Assembly (NCBI GenBank): GCA_002269645.1
Contig: NIVC01001224.1
Coordinates: 1-64,000 of the forward strand
DNA from: Macrostomum lignano
Lineage: Eukaryota
Direction of reading: 5' to 3'
Length of the DNA: 64,000 bases
The position numbers and the translations under genes are program-made. The notes under the pieces were generated by a model. That model was not told the origin of the DNA. It searched no databases and worked only from the letters and a program-made list of their open reading frames with translations. Of this stretch, positions 26,710-38,400 are shown in pieces (the first letter of the stretch is position 1; the number at the start of each line of letters is the position of its first letter).

Positions 26710-27378
26710 ATGAAGCTGCTGCTGCTGCTCACCGCCCTGGTGGCCACCGCCCTGGCCTGCGAGAACCCGCCCAGAGAGGGAGCCATCGGAGTGGCCGGTC
26801 TCGGCTACCACAACGGCACCTACCTCAAGCTGCTGGGAGGCATCGCCGGCTCCAAGGAGAAGAAGAAGGTGGCCGCCTACTTCAAGGTGAAGTCCCAGAA
26901 CTACTCCGGACACCACTACACCATGTTCGACTTCGAGGCCGGCGTCGGCTACTACGCCTGGGGCACCAGCGCCGCCAACGCCCGGTGCGTGAAGATCCCC
27001 GTGAGCCACGCCAAGTACTTCCTCACCCTGTGCCCCAAGATGTGGCCGAACAACCGCGTGGTGGCCCGCTCCACCGTCACCAGCCGCAAGGTGCCCATCA
27101 GCGTGCACTGCGGCCGCATGACCAAGGGTGACCTCTCCATCAAGCTGGGCGGCGTCATCGATGACCGCTGCGTGCCGATCCTCATCAAGAAGAAGTACAG
27201 GAAGAACGGCCAGTGCTCCGGCGGTATTCTCTTCTTCTTCGGCTTCCACCAGCCCAAGGACAAGTACTTCGAGCTGCCCGAGCTGTGTGCCAGCGCCAAG
27301 TTCTACAAGCCGAAGCGCGGAGAGGGCAGAAAGCCGTGCAGCGAGAAGACCAAGGGCCTGCCGACCCCCGACAGCTAA
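26710..27378 (+). CDS. Intronless secreted basic protein, probably ependymin-related (222 aa)
   Basis: Signal peptide MKLLLLLTALVATALA, strong C/G-ending codon bias and 8 Cys. The pattern C-x2-P (mature N-terminus), FDFEAGVGY..C-x-K, CVP and F..P..C near the C-terminus resembles ependymin-related proteins. The gene call is solid; the family call was made by eye. Confidence 0.7.
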   Translation: MKLLLLLTALVATALACENPPREGAIGVAGLGYHNGTYLKLLGGIAGSKEKKKVAAYFKVKSQNYSGHHYTMFDFEAGVGYYAWGTSAANARCVKIPVSHAKYFLTLCPKMWPNNRVVARSTVTSRKVPISVHCGRMTKGDLSIKLGGVIDDRCVPILIKKKYRKNGQCSGGILFFFGFHQPKDKYFELPELCASAKFYKPKRGEGRKPCSEKTKGLPTPDS

Positions 27379-30300
27379 ACTGCTGGACTGACCTTGGACT
27401 GGGGATTTTCCACTGCAGCAATGCTGAGTACCGGCGTATGGCTGGTTAACTAGCAGAAATACACGAGACCTGCTGCTGCAGCTGCGAACCGCATTTGCAC
27501 CATCGTGTTGCCTGAGTTGTCTTTGCCTCATTTTGCTCAACTCTGCTGCTCATCATGTGGCAGTGTTTTGGGATTGCTTGAATCTGACAGAGCATAGTCG
27601 AAAAGTTTTACTGCCAAAAATTTCTTCTACATATCCCTGATGTAAATTTCCGACCGAAAAGTTGATTTCAAAGCAAACTGGATCGCTGTCTCTCTCTTTC
27701 GGTCTTCTTCTGCGTATGAAAGGTCTAGCACATGTACTCTTACATGTAGTACAGATAATTCTTTTCGAGCGAAGCGGTGGGGATCATATGTAGGTTTGGC
27801 CATAGACACTTTGGCTCTGACTGAATTCAAAAGGTTCTGTTAAATAGAAAAGGGAGTGTCTTAATTGAATCTCTGCAAGCCTTGCAGGTGCAGCACAGAC
27901 ATGTCACTCAGCAGCAGTCTATGCTGCATTTTGCTTGCAGAAAATTAATCAAGGCAAACAAACACCCTTACGTCTGAATCAGTGTCTGAATTGGTGTGTC
28001 CGCTTGTTTGAATAAAAGGGGAGTTTGTTCAAAATAGGAGGTAAAAGGTGTACACAAAGGCATCGTAGTGCAGTCTTCAATTGTATTGTCCACGCAAAAA
28101 CTTGTCAAGGTCTCGACTGTGGCGCATCGACAAATGCAGTCAATACAGAATCACGTTGATGGTTGTTTAAACTAATCTCGGATATAAAGCTCTAATTTAT
28201 GATTACTACCGTAGATACTCTGTTGAGACTGTTTACAGGTAGATGCGACCATTTGATTAGAACCATAGCTGTGTAGTGTGTTTATAACTTATATAGAATT
28301 TACGTGTAATAAAAGTACTTCTAAGCTTAGTTTATGGCTTTAAATTCCCTAAAAAGTTCTATAACACGACTGTTTCATATTAGTCTATGGGATTCACCCA
28401 GTCAATCCATGCAGACGGAAGGACTAACTTGTTCCTTTCTGTCTGATCTATTTCATTAACACCTGCCGTTTAGTCCAGGAAACATCTACGAGTATAAAGA
28501 ATATTTAGTATACGTTTTTGCTTCTAATGTGGTTTTTACTGCGTCCAATTTGGTGCGTCGCAATTAAGTGCTCAGCAGAGTTCATGTTCACCATAGACAA
28601 AGAACTGAAATCACCATTTGGTTCATTTCACGAAGTTTAAACTCCAAACCAACAGTCATGTATGCATTCACTGTCCTCTCTCTGTCCCTGCACCAGACTA
28701 TAATTTCAGAACATGGGTCCTCTCTGCTGCGCTATTCTTTACAGCTATACCTTCCAGCTGTACATATGTAGCTCCAGCTGTAGTTAAAACTAGATTGATT
28801 CCGTTGTCTGTGGCTTTTTGTGATTTGTCTAGATGTACGAGTATTCTAAAATCTCTGTTACGCTGCTACGTCAACGGCCACACACCCATTGAAATGAAAA
28901 AAAACCATGTAACTAGCCGAAATAGGTATATATATCTCAACCACCATTACATGTAGACATACGAGCGTATCCTTAGACACGCGGCTCCGGGATTTATAAA
29001 CAAGAATCGCCTGATACGAGGAGATGAGCCTCGGAGATTCTTTACGGCTCATCTCCTCGTATTAGGCGATTCTTTGAATGTAATCCACGGCCTGTGCGAC
29101 TCGAATATAATGAGTTATCTCCGCTTTCCATGTCTGGCGCGGCTGTCTATGGTGCCAACCCTCTTCGGATTCCAAGGGTGCCCAGTAGAATTGTTATATC
29201 GCTGAGACTGAGGCTTACGATGGTCTCAAGGCGAGCTCGAGTCATATAGTCGAGTCATAAAATCCAGATTTAGATTACCTTTGGTTGAAGCTAATTGATC
29301 AAACTGTTATTTGCTATTATCTTAATTATTTGCTATTTTTGTACGAGCTATTAAATACATGTATGCCTTCTGAAGACACTTTTGCTTTACGTTACTTAAT
29401 TTACGAAATGGTGCATCATATATGCAAACAAGCCCATTATCTATATAATGGTCCTGACAGCAAGCCCATTTTCTAGATAATGGTCCAGTGATACCTGAGT
29501 GTGGTCATAGACAAGCCTATTCCCGAAAAATAAGTGGACCATTATGTACGAGCTTTTAATTTTGGCGTAAGTGGAGTTTACAGTAGTTTAATTGGTTAGT
29601 CTACGGTTTTTTGGTCGGTAGATTTAATCAGCACCGAATTTAAACCTATAGAATTTTTTCTCTATCTCGCTAAAATAGTCTATAGCCTAATCCGAGTCAA
29701 CACATATCTCCAAGAAACAAAGCTCCACCTTGTTAGTGTAGCGAAAAAGCCCTTTGGTGAAAAGCCTCGTTCTTCTGCTAAAGTAATATTACATGTAATT
29801 CATGTAATTTAATTCAATTTCAAATTCATGTAATTCTACTTCACCAGATCTGGGAGCAGCCAAAGTTCTAAGCACTGTTGGGAGCTGTTATAGCTGGTAT
29901 TTGAGGATTGAAGAAGCAAATGAAATCAGTCTCAATCCCCAGGCAATAATTTTCCAGTCTTTCTGGATATTCTATCTTATAATATTCTGTAAAGAAGCTT
30001 GCTAAAATATGATAAATATCTATGCTACTGTATCTCTCCGAGTAATGTCTTTAATTAAAAAGTTTATTTTATCACAGCGAAAACTTAAAATGATGTGAAG
30101 GAATGGATTCAAAAAACTAAAAGACACCGATTTTTCTTAGAACTGCGCTTTAAAGTTTCGTTGTCCTATCCTATCGCTTATCGCTATCGGTTGATTGACG
30201 TTTGTTTATTATTACTGGTAAGCCTAATCCTGATAACATTAACCTGCTTCACACAAGCTTAGGCCTATAGAGATCGCTCACTGAAGTTTAGGCTTACGAG

Positions 30301-31238
30301 TATTATCCTTTTAGAAACATGACTAAATTGGTATGACTGGTTAGAATGTAAATGTAACAATCGATAGGTCCATTTTTATTTAAAGCTTGCACTCACTCAC
30401 TAGTAGGATTTTAATAATCAAGAATTAGGCCTAACGCCTAACATGCAAAGAACACATGCAAACACTGTCATGCAAACACCCACCTCAGTTGCGACTTGCC
30501 CAAGAACAAAACCGAGATAAGATTGATTTGTTGATTGATTGATTGATTGAAAAGTAAATTGATGTTAAATTAATAATAGAATATTTGTTACTGTATATTA
30601 TACTGTATAAGTGGTCAGCAAAAAAATCTTAATAATAGACAGTAGACCATTTAATGCTAGGGCCTAATACTATTAGTTAATACACTTATGGCAGACAATG
30701 GATGACATATATGACTTATTAATGCATTGCATATAGGACCTTTAAGTTTAAGTGGCAATGATACTATGACTAAAAGGCCAAGTTTTGTTTTAAAAATTAT
30801 ATAATTTCCTTTATAATGTTATATTATTGCTACAGTTTAAAAAATTGGCTACCTTCTAATAGCTAAGCTAGGCCCCACTGTTACTTTAGGCCTTATCTTT
30901 ATGTTTTATTAAATCTACAAAGATTCATTGCTATCATAATCATGCCTAACTTCAAAGTTTCACCTAGTCTTAGCTGTGTGACTTACTTTTTGACCAAAAA
31001 TGCAACTTAATTACCTATCAAAGAACCCTAAAGCAAAGATTAACATAAATTTAAGTAAATTGAAAGATTAATAATAATTTCATTGCAAAGGCTAAATCAA
31101 ATGTTTTGTTATTTAAGTAGTACTATGCATGTATTTTTTTGTCAGTAACTTGCAACTTACCTTGGCTAGAACTCTTGCCACCTAGTCAAATTGGTTAGGT
31201 TAGCTGGTTGTTAAGCATAGGGCCTATATGATTGCTAT

Positions 31239-34200
31239 CCCTATGAAAAATTGGCCCGAATTTTCGCCCGAAAACATATGAAATTGGGCCCGGAACTTTA
31301 AATTTGCGGGTGAAAACTAAAAAGCGGTCGATTCACCCGGAAAGCACGCCGACAAAACGGTTGAAACTAAATCGGGCGAAAAAGCGGGACTCTCGCCCGG
31401 AAAGCGGGGAAAGCAGAAACGGCCCAGACGTGCGGGTCTCTAGCCCGTTTTTTTCTAAAAGCGTGTCCTGAGGGACTTTGACGTGACGATGCAGATTAAA
31501 AATGGGTTTAAATCAATATAGCTAAACGAGTAGGAAGCTAGGTGCCCAGGTTCCAAGATTCAACCGTACATGTATGTTTATTATTTTAAAAAGTACTATT
31601 ATAGGAGTTTATATATCGATCACAAATGGTGGGAAATAATGTGTCGAAATCATTACTTCCATGCCCTTTTGGGGAATCTTTTTGCATGCTAATCTTTAAT
31701 TTTTTACACGAGCTGCGTCTGGGGACTGCGTTTAAAATTTTGACGCGGCTGAGATGCGGCTGGCGACATGGAAGTGAAATCATTTACAATCGCTTACTAT
31801 AAATACCTGTTTCTGAATAAGCTATTCACTGGCTAAAATCTATTTTTATTAAGTATTTGCTGTGCTTTTCACTCTTTCATTGCGCTGACCAATGTGAAAA
31901 AAAGCTAGGAAACTATTTTGTTTGTTTTTGTTACTCGAAAAATATTTAAATTTCAGACGCCACGTTTTCAGAACTTCGATATTTTATGTGCTAGCTAGTG
32001 AAGCGTGTTTTGTTACTTTTGTATTAATTTATCATAATCTAACAGACAAAGTTTATTTAACTTCAAAAATAGTCAATGTGAATTATTTCACTAAATGAGT
32101 CAATAGCAAGGACTGACCCCTGCCCCTGCCCTGGTTCAGGAATTGGCAGTCACATAGTTAATTATAATTTAATTAAGTCCAGTAATTAGCCTATTTATTT
32201 ATTTCTTAAAGTTAGTAAAAATAGAAAATAATTTAGAAAACTTATCCTGATTAATATTTCACCTATAATGAAGATAGTATTGTATATGAGCACAGAGAGC
32301 TTGCTGAATGGTAAAAAGTTTTAGAACATAAGTAACAAATCAATTTAAAAAACCATTTATAAAGTCCAAATATAGCTCGTAAAACTCTGAGTAGCATTAA
32401 TATAATTTTTGCTTTTTCAAGTTTGTATAGTCTATATAGTACTTTTTAGAAAGCTATGTATTCACATTATTTTTTAATCTGTATGCTTTTTGTATTTTAT
32501 TTAATATAATTTTGATAACTTATTATATTCTAAGGGAACCTAAAGCCTAGAACTGAGCATTTTTCAAGGAAGCTAATAACTTGAAAAAGTTTTGCAATTT
32601 AACATATTCCCAGAGATAAAGGCCCTTTATATCTTATAAATAAGCCTTCTTTTTGCTCTTATATGAATGTTTTAGATCTAATAATCTGAATATGTTTTGT
32701 AGAATAAACATTTACCATCAGATTTAACATTCCAAGCACTGTACTTATACCATTATAATTAAAGAAAAATTATTAATAATCAATTTTGTTGCCTTTTAAT
32801 TTAGGTTTAGATTTTATTGCTCAATAAACAGAATTTTAGCATCATCATACCATGCTCCTAAGTCATTTATGCTATGTATACATGCCCCTCAGCCAAGTTT
32901 TCCTCTGGCCATTAATGTCTGATGACATTGGACTGCTAAGCATCGTCGCCGGGATTATGCCGTGCACTACAGGACTGGTGTTAGGCGACATACTCCAGCC
33001 CAAACAGTCTATTTTAAAGTCATGTAAAATCACAAAATCCGAGCTGCAGTGTGCCTACTCCCGATGCCGAGAGGGCCAACTACCGAGAAAGACCAGCGTC
33101 GCTAGAAAGGCGACGAAGACCAAACCAGGTGATGTTTTCATTTTTTTGTATTGTAGTGTTGTTTAAAACGTTATTTACGCTTTTCTGCAACTGCGCCCCC
33201 TTCTACTCCAGGTGCGCTGCTTCGATTAGCTGGTGCTGCAGCATCTCAGCTGCCAGAATCTGCTGTTACGCCACCCAGCACCAGGCTCACAACCAGTGAC
33301 ACTGCTAACATGTTCAATCAAGCGCAGTATCGCATCCTGTCGCTCGCTGAGTTATAAATCTATACCTAAACTTTGAACTTATGAATTTCTATCGCATTTG
33401 CTTTTGTTCTACACTGATTTGTTTTTTTCATTGCTTCGTAATGTGGCTGCGACTGGGAGGGAGGGATCTCGAAGTCACCTTAATTTGCACCAGACCCCAT
33501 TACTGATCTCGGTTCTTCCTATCCTTCCGAATGTTGCTATTTCCCCCTCACATCGTTTCTCTCCTTTCTCCGTGGTCGCGCTAATACTTTCCCTATCTTA
33601 GCTATTTCACATGTGCATTCTGTGTGCACCCCTCTCCTTGCACTCTGTGCCTTAGATCTACCTCTTTTCAGTTGCAAACGTACTAGTATATTTGGTTATT
33701 TCTTAGCTGCAAATGCCCTATAAATAGTTAGTTATTTCTCCTTTTTATGGTTTTCTTCAGAATTTCTCTACGTCAAGCCCCTTCATGTTATCTTCTTTAC
33801 AACTTTGTTTGTTTCTGTTTCGATTCTTTTCTTAACCCTCCTTTGCTTTTACTACTTTAATGCTTTAATGCTTTTGTTTACTGAACGTATTGAATGCATA
33901 CATTAAATATTTAAATAAACTATCGCTCACACTTTTTCTTATTATGTGGCCAAGCTTAAACATTTCTATCTAGATCTAGATTTCTTATTGAATCCCTCCA
34001 GAATTGCCTTATTTTTCTTCTCGATACATGTAGCTCTCTTGGAGGGGGTCATTTAGCTCGTACATGCAAAATCTTCCTATTCAACTAGATACAAGTTTTA
34101 TTACAGTATGAAAAGTGGCAGTCACCGTAATTAAGTTTATGCCCTCTAAAAACTTACTATAATATCGTGCACTATCACTAAGACCAAAAGCAGGAAATAT

Positions 34201-34453
34201 GACCAGCTCTTCGGGCCGGATTTGCAAGCAAAATATCGGTTAACTGGCCCGGATTTTTCGGCGCAAAATAATTCTGGGTGAATCGCCCGTAAATATTCGG
34301 GTATAAATGCGGTTGCATGCACGGGTGCATCGCCCGAAAAACGAACTTTTCGTAACGATTCCGGGCCAGTAGCCCGGCAATTTTTACACCCGCAAAGTGC
34401 TGACGATTTCGGGTGAAGAGTAGGGTGAAAATTCGGGCCAATTTTTCATAGGG
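31239..34453. mobile_element. 3.2-kb non-autonomous TIR DNA element (CACTA/EnSpm-like or TA-targeting)
   Basis: CCCTATGAAAAATTGGCCCGAATTTTCGCCC at the left end matches the reverse complement of the right end with 1 mismatch. About 200 bp at each end is rich in CCCG/CGGG subterminal motifs. The flanks parse as a 2-bp TSD (AT, or TA with T..A termini). No transposase was recognised. Confidence 0.75.
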
Positions 34454-35452
34454 ATAGAAAATGTTTTAGATATATAAATAAATTAGCTGGGCTATCTTGT
34501 AGCATTTTGCATAAATCTTTCTTGTTTAAAATTTTATTTAAAGAATCTAAAAAGCTTACTAGAGAACTATTAAAGCATTCAAACAGAAGAACAGAATTCA
34601 CCATCTTAGTATATTATAGCATTATAAATATGTTATAATTTAGCCTATTTTTGTTCCCAGGTTAGTTGATAAGGTACCTACTATCTAATAGGCTAAAATC
34701 TTGCTTAGATAAAGCTAAACCATAGCTAGCCTAGTTGGGAAAGTGGTTTAGCACATGTTGAAAAAATTTAAAAGGATAATGTAAATAGTCTCACATTAGT
34801 ATTTAGTCTATTACATTAAAATAACTATGTAGTATGATATAAACCTTGACTATAATTGATAATTAGTATAAAACAGTCTAGTGCATAGCATAGATTCAAT
34901 TTTATAGAGCCTAAAGAATTGTTCTAATGCATATTTTAATTTTTAACTTTAAAAAATGCTAGCTGGTATCCTAAATTTGGACTCAGGGTACCAAATTGCT
35001 CTATTATTTTGATTTTTGGAAACAATATTTTGAATTTTATGTATCACAACTTGGGAAAATAGGCTAAATATACCATCAAGCATTTTTTATATAGTACTGA
35101 CTATATAAAAGTTGTATTAGCAAAAAGTTATATAACCACTTATGGCAAGATTATGTCTATCATATTTCTTTGTATATCTTTATAAAAACATTTAAAAATT
35201 ACTAGAGTAATACGAGCGTACATTATGTTTTTGTTAGTCAAAGTTGTCTAGATATTCATCTAAATATAGAGGATACTGTTTTAAAGTATGGTCTCATTGT
35301 TATACAAGCATATAATGCAGTGCAAAGCAAAAGCTTGATCTGTCTGTCATTTGTTGATATTTTTGGCAGAAACTCAGACAATTCAAATGGATTATTTAAC
35401 TTGGACTCTATTCACTGTACCAAACTTGCAGTAGCCAGCAGCTAAGGGGCTA

Positions 35453-38400
35453 ATGGACGCATTCTCAGTTGACCTGGATGCCGCCCTGGACCAGCTTGAG
35501 GCTGAAATGGCTGGAACCAATCAACAGCCTATGCAATCAATGCTACTAGATAGTAGTACAAGCCGCGAATTGTCTTCTGATGCATCAAAGTTTCCGACTG
35601 CTTCCAGTTCAAATTCTGCTAGCGCAGCCAATGGAGACTGCAATGGACAGGCCCATAGTGCAACCAGTGCCACCATAGTTTACGCCCAGCAACCAACAGG
35701 TAAATTTTCTTGCGGGCTTAAGAGCTCTTTGTTTGTCAGTGTAGCGGAAAGATGACTTCCATCCTTTTTACAGTATAGCTTAAGCTTTGGAAGCCTTTGT
35801 ATGCACAGTGCAATATTCTCAATCCTTTTTGCTATCTTATTTTCAGCCTTGCCAAACAGCAGTGACAATAGTGTACAGCAATGGCAACCTGAAATTAGAT
35901 GGCCTCAAGCCGTGCATTCGCAGTCTAATACATTCGACAGTTTTTTAATGGACTCAGCACCGGTTAGTGAGCCTGTGGATTCAGCACCAGTCAGTGAGCC
36001 TGTGGACTCAGCACCGGTCAGTGAGCCTGTGGATTCAGCACCAGTCAGTGAGCCTGTGGATTCAGCACCGGTCAGTGAGCCTGTGGATTCAGCACCGGTC
36101 AGTGAGCATGTGGGTGTGGATTCAGCACCGGTCAGTGAGTCTGTGGATTCAGCACCAGTCAGTGAGCCTGTGGATTCAGCACCAGTCAGTGAGCCTGTGG
36201 ATTCAGCACCAGTCAGTGAGCCTGTAGAGTCAGCACCGGTCATTGAGCATGTGGGTGTGGATTCAGCACCGGTCAGTGAGTCTGTGGATTCAGCACCAGT
36301 CAGTGAGCCTGTGGATTCAGCACCGGTCAGTGAGCCTGTGGATTCAGCACCGGTCAGTGAGCCTGTGGATTCAGCACCGGTCAGTGAGCATGTGGATTCA
36401 GCACCAGTCAGTGAGCCTGTGGATTCAGCACCGGTCAGTGAGCCTGTGGATTCAGCACCGGTCAGTGAGCATGTGGGTGTGGATTCAGCACCGATCAGTG
36501 AGCCTGTGGATTCAGCACCGGTCAGTGAGCATGTAGGTGTGGATTCAGCACCGGTCAGTGAGCATGTGGATTCAGCACCGGTCATTGAGCGTGTGGATGT
36601 GGACTCAGCACCGGTCAGTGAGCATGTGGATTCAGCACCGGTCATTGAGCGTGTGGATGTGGACTCAGCACCGGTCAGTGAGTCTGTGGGCTTAGCACCG
36701 GTCAGTGCCCTAACCAGTGACATAGCTCCAGTGGATTCAGCACCGGTCAGTGCTCCTGCCTATTCAGCACCGGTCAGTTCTCCTGCCTATTCAGCACCGG
36801 TCAATGCTCCTGCCTATTCAGCACCGGTCAGTGCTCCTGCCTATTCAGCACCGGTCAGTGCTCCTGCCTATTCAGCACCGGTCAGTGCTCCTGCCTATTC
36901 AGCACCGGTCAGTGCTCCTGCCTATTCAGCACCGGTCAGTGCTCCTGCCTATTCAGCACCGGTCAGTGCTCCTGCCTATTCAGCACCGGACAGTGCTCCT
37001 GCCTATTCAGCACCGGTCAGTCTTGCGAATTCAACAGCCGTCAATGCCTTAGTGAGTGCTCCAATGGATTCGTCACTGCTCAGTGATCCTGTGTCTACAT
37101 CAGTGCCAAATGCTTCAGCCGGCGCACCTGCCGAGGAAGAATCAGCATTAAACAATAATTTGGCAGCCCCAACGAATACCAGCAAGGCAATTAATAACCC
37201 GGCGAACTCTGCAGCTGTTGCCAGTCCTTCCACCAGTGCTTCTAACAGTATAGCTGAAGCATCGTCGAATCCAACTTCGCTAGTGTCTTCTATTCGATTT
37301 GCCGACCTGGCCAAGGGCCTGCCAGAGCTCACCGAGGCCGATCTTGAGCTGATACTTGAGCAGGAGCCTGCGCAACCTACTCAGCAATCAGCAGTTCTGC
37401 AGTCTCAATGGTCTAGATCTAACTACCAAGACTACGCGGAACAAGACGAGCAGACTAGCAGCTTCAATCCAATGTACGGTCTAGTTGGCGGCGCCGGTTG
37501 CTTAGCAACTGAGGCCGCCGTTTCGTCGTCTCAAATTGCCGATTCGAACCCCGGCATTGTTGGCGGCGGAGGCGGTTTGAACCCGATGTACAGTCTGCAG
37601 GAGGAGCGGCAGCAGCCGGCCAGTCTGGGCGCCACTGGCGGCGGTGTGACGTCGCCTCCCAGTCCGCCGCCGCCGCCGCAGCAGCTGACGGACGCCGCGG
37701 AGTCGGACGCGGAGGCCGAGCTGCAGACTGACTTGCCGTCTCAAAATGACGTTGCGGAGGACGTCGCGGAATCCGAGACTCCGCCGCAGCAGCAGCCGCT
37801 TGGCTGGGTAAAGCCGGCTTGGATTCCCGACAGCGAAGCGCCAGTTTGCATGCAGTGCGAAGCTCGCTTCACCGTGCTGCGCCGGCGGCACCACTGCCGC
37901 GCCTGCGGCCGCGTGTTCTGCGCTAACTGCGCTGCCTACACTGCCAGGCTGGCCTTCTTAGACAACGACAAGGCGCGAGTGTGCGCCGTCTGCTACCAGG
38001 AGCTGATCAGGCTGGAGTCCAATCCGGAGGCTCGGTCCGTCAGTCAGCAGCCGCCAGTCAGTGTGCTGAAGTCGACGAGGTCGCAGGGTGAGACCAAAAT
38101 ACTTTGGCCTGTTTTTAATATGGACGAAAGTTTTTCTATCAGATGCTTGATTTTTAGATAAGGCTCAGTTGCTTCCAAGGAAACGCCTTGATTTCCTAAA
38201 CAAGGCTTGGCTGTCTCCTAGAAAATGATTAATTGGAAGGCTTGTCTGTTTCCTAGAAAATGGTAAATGGAAGAGGCTTAGCAGTTTCCTAGAAAATGGT
38301 TATTGGAAGAGGCTTGGCTGTTTCCTAGAAATGGTAAATGGAAGAGGCTTGGCTGTTTCCTAGAAATGGTTATCGGAAGAGGCTTGGCTGTTTCCTAGAA

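Noticed and set aside
26710-27378. Bacterial horizontal transfer as the origin of the intronless GC-rich gene
   Set aside because: Its codon style matches the other host exons, and it has a eukaryotic-type signal peptide and Cys pattern.
29017-29059. 43-bp micro-MITE with TA TSD inside the hairpin
   Set aside because: The flanks outside the TA pair are themselves inverted repeats, which a simple insertion would not create.
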